Shown here piece by piece: positions 41,781 through 50,532 of a stretch of DNA of 64,000 nucleotides. The stretch is from the NCBI GenBank assembly GCA_038043465.1, contig JBBTBX010000009.1, positions 34,710-98,709 of the forward strand, given 5' to 3'. The notes below the pieces were generated by a model. The model worked only from the letters and a program-made list of their open reading frames with translations. It did no database searches and was not told the DNA's origin. Each line of letters starts with the position of its first letter. The stretch's first letter is position 1. Made by a program: the position numbers and the translations under genes. The stretch is from Pseudomonadota bacterium. GTDB lineage: Bacteria > Pseudomonadota > Alphaproteobacteria > Rickettsiales > SXRF01.

Positions 41781-41807
41781 ATTCTCCACACAATTTATTT
41801 GGAGAAT
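41781..41807 (+). promoter_or_regulatory. 8-bp inverted repeat ATTCTCCA-N12-TGGAGAAT overlapping the luxI-homologue SD
   Basis: Arms at 41781-41788 and 41800-41807. GGAG at 41801-41804 is 6 nt from ATG 41810. Confidence 0.5.
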
Positions 41808-41809
41808 TT

Positions 41810-42499
41810 ATGAACGTATATATTATTTCAATCGAAAACATGCATGAATACGGTGACATAATGCCTTCTATGCTCAGGCTGCGTCATAAGGAATTTAAAG
41901 AACGCCAGAGTTATAATATCCCTACCTTCAAAGATATGGAATATGATGCCTATGACACTCCGGCCACCGTATATGTGGTGTGGAGAGATGATGATGGAAT
42001 AGTACGTGGCTGCTCAAGGATGGCTCCAACTGACCGGGCATATATGATTCAAGATTTATGGCCGAATATAGTAACCAATATTCACCTGCCTAATAATGAT
42101 GACATCTGGGAATCTTCACGGTTTGCTATTGATAGCGATTTGCCAGCAGACATGCGTGCGCGGGTTAAATTGGAAATTCTGCAGGCTAAAATTGAATATG
42201 CTTTGGCTCTGGGGATAAAAGGAATGATAGGTGTTATGCCCCCACTCATCTGGAGAGCTGTATTTGTAAATTCTGGATGGCAAATTGATAATATTGGCCC
42301 AGTTACCACGTTAGCTAGTGGTGAAAAAATTGTAGCGGGCTGGATAAATGTTAATCCGACTATTCTTGATAATATCAGGAGCAAGACGGGTATTAGCAGC
42401 TCATTCTTAGAAAACTGCAACATACTTCAAAGAAAAATCGGGAAAGAAACACCCATTAGAAATATTAACTTTAGCAAAAAATTAGAAGGAGTAGCATAA
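41810..42499 (+). CDS. LuxI-family acyl-homoserine lactone synthase
   Basis: RLRHKEFKER...W...EYDAYD...RMAPT...WESSRFAI matches the conserved LuxI N-terminal residues. Confidence 0.88.
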   Translation: MNVYIISIENMHEYGDIMPSMLRLRHKEFKERQSYNIPTFKDMEYDAYDTPATVYVVWRDDDGIVRGCSRMAPTDRAYMIQDLWPNIVTNIHLPNNDDIWESSRFAIDSDLPADMRARVKLEILQAKIEYALALGIKGMIGVMPPLIWRAVFVNSGWQIDNIGPVTTLASGEKIVAGWINVNPTILDNIRSKTGISSSFLENCNILQRKIGKETPIRNINFSKKLEGVA

Positions 42500-42500
42500 A

Positions 42501-42821
42501 ATGGCAACATTTACGGATAGTGATATGGAATCAAAGAATATTATTTGCTGTCTAGAATTTTTATCTCAGCAAGCACTTGCCAGCCATATGTTAGCGGAGC
42601 ATTCTATTCTAAAAAACACCATTACTGAAATATCTAAGGTCGACTCTTTATGTGGCGATATAAGGCATAATGTTGAATACTCAGACATCATAACCGCCTT
42701 CAAATTCTTTACTAAATTTTGTTTAGTTGAAGACAAAGACACAAAAAAACATATCTTACATTTAATTGAAAATTTGGATGTGGATACAATGTCCAATTAC
42801 GCTAGAAATGAGATTTATTAG
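42501..42821 (+). CDS. Hypothetical protein, translationally coupled to the AHL synthase gene
   Basis: 106-aa ORF. Its ATG starts 2 nt after the luxI-homologue stop. GGAG at 42489-42492. Confidence 0.55.
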   Translation: MATFTDSDMESKNIICCLEFLSQQALASHMLAEHSILKNTITEISKVDSLCGDIRHNVEYSDIITAFKFFTKFCLVEDKDTKKHILHLIENLDVDTMSNYARNEIY

Positions 42822-42899
42822 CCATTGCTATACTCAATCTGTATAATATAGTAACTCTAAAATAATAACTGTAAAGTTATTGTTAAGACCTGCATAATA

Positions 42900-42989
42900 C
42901 GTCATTGCGAGTGAAACGAAGCAATCCATCTTTCTATGATGCTTTATTTTACTGGATTGCCGCGAAGGCTACGCCTTCTCGCAATGACG
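42900..42989. mobile_element. Palindromic CGTCATTGCGAG...CTCGCAATGACG element, copy B
   Basis: 12-nt terminal inverted repeats plus an inner GAAGCAATCCA/TGGATTGC repeat. It generates the spurious N-terminal extension of track ORF 42905-44314. Confidence 0.85.
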
Positions 42990-43045
42990 AAAAACGCGTT
43001 ATGCAGAGGTCTTTTGTTTGGAATAACTATACTTGTGAATATGAC

Positions 43046-44314
43046 ATGGAAATTACGACTATATTATTATTGGTGGCAGCTATTGCACTGGGTTTTAGTG
43101 CAGGCTGGGCATTATTTTCACGAAAACGCATAAGCCTTGCCACAAGGCTGGAAATATCGCAGCAGGAGCTGGACAGCCTGCGTGATGATTTGGAGTTTGC
43201 CAGAAGCGAACGCACCCAATTCCATGAAAAATACATAACTGCCGAAACCAAACGTGAACTATTGGAAAAAGAGCTGGAGCAGACGCAGGAAAAACTACGG
43301 GCGGAATTTAAAAATACTGCCACCAATATATTCGAGGATTTCAGCAATAAATTCACGGTTCAATCTGAGAAGAAAATTGGTGATTTGCTGAATCCGCTGC
43401 GCGACAGGCTTGGTGAATTCCAGAAAAAAATTGATGATTCTTTTAGCGCGCAGGGCAAAGAGCAGCACTCGCTGAAAGCCGAAATTGAAAAAATCGTGTT
43501 GCAGACTGATGGTCTGACGCGAGCGTTACGTGGTGATGTTAAAGCACAGGGCAACTGGGGCGAAGTTATGCTGGAGCGAATCCTTGAAGAATCAGGACTG
43601 CGCACTGGCGAAGATTATATTATTCAAGGCACGGGAATGGGGTTGAATAATGCTGATGGTGGCAGGTTGCAGCCTGATGTTATCGTGAATCTGCCTGATA
43701 AAAAACATATCATCATTGATTCAAAAGTGTCGCTCACCGCTTATGAAAGATACTGTAATGAGGGTGATGAAACACTGCGCCAGATTCAGATAAAAGAATT
43801 TGTAAGATCTATAAAAGCACATGTGAACGGCTTGGAGCAAAAGCGTTATCAGGATATTGAAAAGCTCGGCACGCCTGATTTTGTGATGATGTTCCTGCCG
43901 ATTGAAGGGGCATATTCGTTGGCTATACAGGCAGACAGCGAACTTCATTCCTACGCGTGGGGTAAAAAAATTGTGCTGGTCTGTCCTGCCACATTATTTG
44001 CCACTTTGCGTACTATCGCTTCAATCTGGCGCATTGAAAGACAGAATGTAAATGCACAGGAAATTGCCCGCCAAGGCGGCGCGTTATATGATAAATTTTC
44101 AGGGTTTCTGGGAGATATGGAGGAAATAAACAAACATATCCATAATCTCCATAAAGCCTATGATAATGCCAATAATAAGCTGGTCAGCGGGCGTGGCAAC
44201 ATATTGAATCAAGTGGAAAAATTGAAGATTCTCGGGGCAAAAACCTCTAAATCGTTGCCTAAAAGCCGAGAAGCCAACCTTGAAGAGGATATTGAGGAAT
44301 TGATGGAGGATTAA
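43046..44314 (+). CDS. rmuC: DNA recombination protein RmuC
   Basis: N-terminal TM (MEITTILLLVAAIALGF), a long coiled coil, and the C-terminal RmuC nuclease-like region (PDVIVNLP...IIIDSKVSL...FVMMFLPIEG). Confidence 0.9.
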   Translation: MEITTILLLVAAIALGFSAGWALFSRKRISLATRLEISQQELDSLRDDLEFARSERTQFHEKYITAETKRELLEKELEQTQEKLRAEFKNTATNIFEDFSNKFTVQSEKKIGDLLNPLRDRLGEFQKKIDDSFSAQGKEQHSLKAEIEKIVLQTDGLTRALRGDVKAQGNWGEVMLERILEESGLRTGEDYIIQGTGMGLNNADGGRLQPDVIVNLPDKKHIIIDSKVSLTAYERYCNEGDETLRQIQIKEFVRSIKAHVNGLEQKRYQDIEKLGTPDFVMMFLPIEGAYSLAIQADSELHSYAWGKKIVLVCPATLFATLRTIASIWRIERQNVNAQEIARQGGALYDKFSGFLGDMEEINKHIHNLHKAYDNANNKLVSGRGNILNQVEKLKILGAKTSKSLPKSREANLEEDIEELMED

Positions 44315-44318
44315 CAAT

Positions 44319-44470
44319 GTCATGCCAGAAGCCGGATTTTGTTAGATTTCTGCAAAAAATCGTTACAAAATCAGCTGTTTGGCATCCACACCAACCTTTT
44401 TCTGGATACCAGACAGCTCAGCTTTAAAGGACATTTGCAAGCAAATGTAAAAACTGGCTTCTGGTATGAC
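44319..44470. mobile_element. 152-bp element with 15-nt terminal inverted repeats (GTCATGCCAGAAGCC / GGCTTCTGGTATGAC, 1 mismatch)
   Basis: Read directly. An internal perfect palindrome ACATTTGCAAGCAAATGT lies at 44431-44448. Confidence 0.65.
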
Positions 44471-44694
44471 AAGTTCTTTATTGGTGTGGATTTTGTAACA
44501 CAGTTAGAGGTAAGCTATTACTGTACCAATATGGCATATTCAATTAAATCAATAGCTTACCGTGTAACAAAACTGTAATATTTGTAAGTCATCAAACCTT
44601 CACGAAATTGTCATCCAATTTCAAAAAAAATAGGTTATGATGAGTTTATTGAAGTAAATATAAATATGATTTTTTAGGATTTAGGAGTTTTAGT

Positions 44695-44934
44695 ATGGTA
44701 AAGGCAAATTGGGGTGAAGTTCCAATTAAGATTAAGTTAGACAGTTCTACTGCTGTAAGAGAAGCTGATGGTATATACAACCAAGAGCATTCTGCTCGTG
44801 CAAATAGGGAAGCAACGGCTAGAATAGAATTTCAGTTAGCTAAGAGCGAACCTGATAGGAACAAAGATCTTTCCGCTTCTATTCCTCCTCAAGTAGCTAG
44901 TCGCAAAAGAGATAATGGTATCTTTATCGGCTAA
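44695..44934 (+). CDS. Hypothetical small protein (orphan)
   Basis: 79-aa ORF with AGGAG 8 nt upstream. Its stop overlaps the convergent era stop by 4 nt. Confidence 0.45.
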   Translation: MVKANWGEVPIKIKLDSSTAVREADGIYNQEHSARANREATARIEFQLAKSEPDRNKDLSASIPPQVASRKRDNGIFIG

Positions 44935-45938
44935 TTTTTCCTGAACTCTAATCCTAAAGTCCGATAGCTTTCGCTATCTTCTTTCCAGTTCGGTTTTACT
45001 TTTACGAATAATTCCAGGTGGATTTTCTTATCCAGAGTTTTTTCTAACTCACGGCGGGTGGCAATTCCTATATCTTTTATCATCTTGCCTTTATCGCCGA
45101 TCACGATTTTTTTCTGGCCTTCACGCTGCACGAGTATCGCCTGCGAGATTTTTACAAAATTATCGCTTTCCTCGAAAGCTTCAGTTTCCACAAAAATCGC
45201 GTAAGGCAGTTCCTGCTCCAAACGCAGGAATATTTTTTCGCGGGTTATTTCCGCAGCAAGCAGACGCAGGGAAATATCGCTCATCTGCTCAGGCGGATAT
45301 AGCCAAGGATGAACAGGAACAATTTCGGAAAGATAAGTCACTATGTCAGAAACCCCATCGCCACTCAGTGCTGAAATCATAAATATTTTAGCAAAATTTC
45401 CGCGCTTGTCGCACTGCTCCACCAGTTCAAATAATTTGGCTTTTTCTATCGCATCAATTTTATTCAAAACCAGACAGACTGGTTTTCCCATATACTCGTC
45501 ATTGCGACTGCGCGCCGAAGGCGTGGCAGGAAGCAATCCAGAATCATCGGTATCCTTTGGCTTCTGGATTGCTTCGTCGGCAACGCCCCCTCGCAATGAC
45601 AAGGAATTTAGCTTATCTATAATCTGCAAAGTGCTGTCGCGTAAACCCCGCGTTACATCGAGTAACAGCATAACAACATCCGCGTCACCAATACCCGACC
45701 ACGCCGCCTGCACCATGGCTTTTTCAAAGTTTTTCTCAGCAGAAAAAATTCCTGGCGTGTCGATAAACACCAACTGCGAATCGGCATGCACGCAGACTCC
45801 ACGAATATTAAAACGTGTGGTTTGCACTTTGGGAGTTACGATAGAAACCTTGCCACCAACCAGGCGGTTAATCAGCGTGGATTTTCCGGCATTTGGCTCA
45901 CCGATAATCGCGATCAGTCCACATTTCTCATTACTCAT
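44931..45938 (-). CDS. era: GTPase Era carrying an in-frame insert of about 34 aa
   Basis: G1 GEPNAGKST, G3 DTPG, G4 NKID and a C-terminal KH domain. Located in the rnc-era operon. Confidence 0.95.
   Translation of the reverse strand: MSNEKCGLIAIIGEPNAGKSTLINRLVGGKVSIVTPKVQTTRFNIRGVCVHADSQLVFIDTPGIFSAEKNFEKAMVQAAWSGIGDADVVMLLLDVTRGLRDSTLQIIDKLNSLSLRGGVADEAIQKPKDTDDSGLLPATPSARSRNDEYMGKPVCLVLNKIDAIEKAKLFELVEQCDKRGNFAKIFMISALSGDGVSDIVTYLSEIVPVHPWLYPPEQMSDISLRLLAAEITREKIFLRLEQELPYAIFVETEAFEESDNFVKISQAILVQREGQKKIVIGDKGKMIKDIGIATRRELEKTLDKKIHLELFVKVKPNWKEDSESYRTLGLEFRKN
45497..45601. mobile_element. Palindromic CGTCATTGCGA...TCGCAATGAC element, copy C, inside era
   Basis: Terminal inverted repeats at 45497-45507 and 45591-45600. 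Inner GAAGCAATCCAGAA/TTCTGGATTGCTTC repeat. The reading frame stays open through it. Confidence 0.8.
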
Positions 45939-46593
45939 TATTCAATCTTTCCAATAAAATTCCTGCTGCTTCCTGTTCAGCAGTGCGCTTGGACGCAGCT
46001 TTTGCCTGCGCCGGTTCATAACCCTGTACTGCGACTTCCACGGTAAAAACCGGAGCATGAGCAAAACCTATAGTTTCCAGCAAGCGGTATACAGGAAGTG
46101 GCAACCCCCTGCCCTGCACCCATTCCTGCAAAGATGTTTTGGCATCTTTGGGAGCTACTATTGCATTTCCTGCCAGCTTTTTCCAAATTGGCACTACAAA
46201 ATCCTCAACCGCAGCAAGCCCACCATCCAGATAAATCGCACCAAGCAAAGCCTCAATAGCGTCTTCAAGATTTGATGGATTATCACGCCCGCCACTTTGT
46301 ATTTCGCTGGTGGCAATTTTCAAAGCTTCACCAAGCTTGATATCACGCGCCACTTGCGCCAGAGTTTCACCACGCACCAAGCTTGCCTGCCTGCGCGCCA
46401 ACTCACCTTCCTGTTCCTGCGGAAATAAATCATAAAGAATACGGGCAACCATAAGACCAATAACCGCATCGCCCAAAAACTCAAGCCTTTGGTTATTTTC
46501 CTGCCGAGCCAGGCTTGGATGAGTAAGAGCACGCTCGAGCAAAGATGCATTACGAAACTGGTAGCCTATGCGTTTCTGTAACGCTTCCATCAC
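45931..46593 (-). CDS. rnc: Ribonuclease III
   Basis: NQRLEFLGDAV signature and a C-terminal dsRBD. Confidence 0.97.
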   Translation of the reverse strand: MMEALQKRIGYQFRNASLLERALTHPSLARQENNQRLEFLGDAVIGLMVARILYDLFPQEQEGELARRQASLVRGETLAQVARDIKLGEALKIATSEIQSGGRDNPSNLEDAIEALLGAIYLDGGLAAVEDFVVPIWKKLAGNAIVAPKDAKTSLQEWVQGRGLPLPVYRLLETIGFAHAPVFTVEVAVQGYEPAQAKAASKRTAEQEAAGILLERLNNE

Positions 46594-47345
46594 TCAACAC
46601 GCTTGAAAAAACGATCGATACGTAGCGCCGTAAACCAGCTTATAGGATTGAGGTACTGGGCACTGCCATCTGTCGAAAACCATATTGTTTCAGCTCGTCC
46701 AACCAGATTCTCAGCTGGCACAAAACCAACTGTAAGACGGCTGTCTATTGAGTTATCACGATTATCACCCATCATGAAATATTTGCCCTCCGGCACAATA
46801 AATTCCGGAGTATTATTAACTGGTCCTGTACCTTTTTCCAGAAGGATCTTAACAACTTTTCCTTCCGGCAGAGTCTCTGCAAAACGCGGAATGGATTTTA
46901 CCATATTGTTTTCAGTGTCGGAAAAATCATCAACATAATGCCTTTCCAGAGACTTATCGTTTATATACAGAATTCCTTCCTTTACCTGAACTTTATCGCC
47001 AGGAAGCCCAATCAGACGTTTAATGTAATCAATTCTAGGGTTAGGTGGAAAGCGAAACACCACTACATCACCACGTTTCGGTTCACTTGCCAGTATCCGT
47101 CCTTCGAAGAAAGGAATACCCAGTGGAAAAGAATAACGGCTGTAACCATACGAATATTTAGAAACAAATAGATAATCGCCAACCAGCAAATTGCTTTTCA
47201 TCGATCCCGAAGGAATATTGAAAGGTTCATAAGCAAAACTACGAACAGTAAGTGCTAATACAACCGCAAGCAATATGGTCTTTATTGAATCATTCCACGA
47301 ACTATGTTTCTTCTCATCAGATTTTTCGACGGTCATTATCTCCAC
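46590..47345 (-). CDS. lepB: Signal peptidase I
   Basis: IPSGSMKSNLLVGD (Ser box), GDVVVF, YIKRLIGLPGD (Lys box) and GDNRDNSIDSR. Confidence 0.97.
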   Translation of the reverse strand: MEIMTVEKSDEKKHSSWNDSIKTILLAVVLALTVRSFAYEPFNIPSGSMKSNLLVGDYLFVSKYSYGYSRYSFPLGIPFFEGRILASEPKRGDVVVFRFPPNPRIDYIKRLIGLPGDKVQVKEGILYINDKSLERHYVDDFSDTENNMVKSIPRFAETLPEGKVVKILLEKGTGPVNNTPEFIVPEGKYFMMGDNRDNSIDSRLTVGFVPAENLVGRAETIWFSTDGSAQYLNPISWFTALRIDRFFKRVE

Positions 47346-47375
47346 TACCTGCAGTTAGGTTAATATAAAATTTCA

Positions 47376-47621
47376 TTATTTCCAGGATGGCTTTCCCAGA
47401 TTAACCTGACTTTTGTCAACGACAGCACCGACGGCAGCACCAACCGCACCACCAACCACAGCTCCGGCAATAGGATTTGCGCCAGCTATCGCACCGCCGA
47501 CAGCACCAACGCCAGCACCGATACCAGCTCCACTCAAAGCACGCTCACCTTGAGTTGAACCACAAGCCGAAACTAGTGACACGGAGGTTACCAACAATAA
47601 TATGTTTTTTATTTTCTGCAT
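47376..47621 (-). CDS. Glycine-zipper lipoprotein (17-kDa surface-antigen-like)
   Basis: Lipobox LVSAC followed by GAGIGAGVGAVGGAIAG...GGAVGAAVGAVV. Confidence 0.8.
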   Translation of the reverse strand: MQKIKNILLLVTSVSLVSACGSTQGERALSGAGIGAGVGAVGGAIAGANPIAGAVVGGAVGAAVGAVVDKSQVNLGKPSWK

Positions 47622-47653
47622 AATCGCCTCATTCCATAAATAACATTACAAAT

Positions 47654-48673
<1,020 letters not shown>

Positions 48674-48762
48674 TTAAATCTCTCCGCTTAGGTTTCAGGT
48701 TTATGCATATTTTGTCGAAAGGAGTGGAATTTACTCAATTATTGCTAAATTGGAAAGCTTTT

Positions 48763-48863
48763 TATAGTAATTCTGCATAATTATTATATAGAATTACTAT
48801 AAAAATCGAGTCCGAAAGACCGATTTTTCGCTGCGAAGCAAGCGTAACTACAAAATAGTAATA
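48763..48863. mobile_element. MITE-like dispersed repeat, copy B (inverted relative to 27318-27426)
   Basis: ATAGTAATTCTGCATAATTATTATATAGAATTACTAT...CGAGTCCGAAAGACCG...CGCTGCGAAGCAAGCG. Confidence 0.8.
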
Positions 48864-48955
48864 GTGCTTATTCCACAATAAATCCGATGTTCATATTGAC
48901 TATTGGCGGAAAATCCTAGAAAATTCGCCGGATAATTAATTTTCTTTTACCAAAC

Positions 48956-50428
48956 ATGATACAAACACACACGGGACACACTGCTGAACGCGCCGGTGGG
49001 GACAATTCCGACAGTAATGCTCATAAGCCATCAAAAAGCAACGGCTTATTAATAGCTGGTGGTCTTGCTACATCCGCCCTTATCGTTTCCCCTTATATCG
49101 GTGATGCGCTGGGCATAAGCTCTGCTACCGTCCCGGAAATAATGGGTAATTTACACCAGCATGGTCTTGGCTCCGGTCTTGCTGGCGCAGCAAACAGCCT
49201 GCTTAACATGATCCCACTGGTTGGCGAGACTCTTTCCGCCGGTGGAATGGTTACTACCGCAACTTCCGGCATAATTGGCATTGGCGGCATTCTTCTTGGT
49301 AATTATTTTGGTAAAAGACACCATAAACCCAGCGATTTAAAATGGGAAAAAGCTATAAAATATGCCGCCCTCACTACCTCCATACTCATAGCCCTGCCCA
49401 GCATCCTCACTGGGATAAGCGTAGGACTTTCCTATCTTGCAGCATTTGCCGGAGCCGGTATCGCCAGCAGTGCCTTAACTTCAATGGCAACCGTCATAGG
49501 TTCAATCGGAGGAACAGGTATGGCAGCAGCTGGAGCAGGCATCGGCAGTGCTCTCACCCATCTCATAACCTGTGGAGGTGCTGCTCTTTCTGTCGCCGGA
49601 TCCATATATTTGGATAAAAGCACGGAAGCTATAGAAGAAAAGAAAATGAATGTTGAGATTATCGACAAAAAGGCGATAGAGCGTGGTAAGGAATGTCAGA
49701 TAAAAATCCGCATCAGTGATGATAGTGGGAAAGCCATGACTCCTGATGATCTGGCGGAAATATATACTAAGAAGCTACATGTCATGCTGGTTGACAGCTC
49801 CCTTACCGATTACCAGCATATTCATCCTGAATATGACAAGGATAGCGGTCTGTTTGTGCTTAACTTCACTCCGAAATGCCATGGGGAATATAATCTATGG
49901 TGTGATTTCAAACTGAATAATAACGCTTCAAATTCTGTCATAAAAAACAAACTGGCTTCCGAGCAAAACCATAAAATGCCAACAATTATCCAGCACACTA
50001 ACTCGGTGATAACTGATAACAGTAACATTACTATTGAATCTGACCCACCACTTACCGCTGGTATTGCATCCAACCTGAAAATAAACATTACTAAGAAATC
50101 TGGAGAGCTGGTAAAACTCCAGCAGGTAATGGGAGCATATGCACATCTGGTGGGTTTCAGCAAGGACGGTGAAAATCTTATTCACTGCCATCCTTTAAAT
50201 ACCAGCAGGCATGATAATGGTGAATTACATTTTCATGTAACACCGGAAAAAAATGGCTTCACCAAATTCTTTCTCCAGATAAAGACTGATAATAAGGAAA
50301 GCGTGATCCCCTTTGGACAATATATTCAATCTCCTGTTAAATTTTCTGAGCGCGAAACTGCGCCACAAAATTTTATAGCACATGAAAATTCTGCTATAAG
50401 CGGGTATGGCGGTCATCTGCATATTTAA
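48956..50428 (+). CDS. Membrane protein with a Gly-rich multi-TM N-terminal half and a C-terminal half made of two His-motif (HxHP) modules
   Basis: TM/Gly-zipper-like segments extend to about aa 225. Then come the repeats KLHVMLVD...DYQHIHPEYD and AYAHLVGFSKDGENLIHCHPLN. Confidence 0.6.
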   Translation: MIQTHTGHTAERAGGDNSDSNAHKPSKSNGLLIAGGLATSALIVSPYIGDALGISSATVPEIMGNLHQHGLGSGLAGAANSLLNMIPLVGETLSAGGMVTTATSGIIGIGGILLGNYFGKRHHKPSDLKWEKAIKYAALTTSILIALPSILTGISVGLSYLAAFAGAGIASSALTSMATVIGSIGGTGMAAAGAGIGSALTHLITCGGAALSVAGSIYLDKSTEAIEEKKMNVEIIDKKAIERGKECQIKIRISDDSGKAMTPDDLAEIYTKKLHVMLVDSSLTDYQHIHPEYDKDSGLFVLNFTPKCHGEYNLWCDFKLNNNASNSVIKNKLASEQNHKMPTIIQHTNSVITDNSNITIESDPPLTAGIASNLKINITKKSGELVKLQQVMGAYAHLVGFSKDGENLIHCHPLNTSRHDNGELHFHVTPEKNGFTKFFLQIKTDNKESVIPFGQYIQSPVKFSERETAPQNFIAHENSAISGYGGHLHI

Positions 50429-50532
50429 AATTTACTGTAGATGAATTATCTGTAATGTGAGCTTAATATGGACGTAATATAACCCTGTTATCATGACCTC
50501 AGTTAATCAATAATTTCTGAAAGAGGATTTAT

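Noticed and set aside
42905-43045. N-terminal 47 codons of track ORF 42905-44314 (rmuC).
   Set aside because: The TTG start lies inside the palindromic repeat and the peptide is repeat-encoded. The RmuC TM helix begins at ATG 43046.
44339-44578. 79-aa plus-strand ORF downstream of rmuC.
   Set aside because: It lies entirely in inverted-repeat DNA. It starts with a non-ATG codon, has no SD, and reads as nonsense-like sequence.
48717-48727. AAGGAGTGGAA upstream of ilvC, matching the TTCCACTCCT core of the armed elements at 2637-2659 and 6438-6459.
   Set aside because: It is only a 10-nt match, in the opposite orientation and without flanking arms. It could be chance or a generic purine-rich motif.
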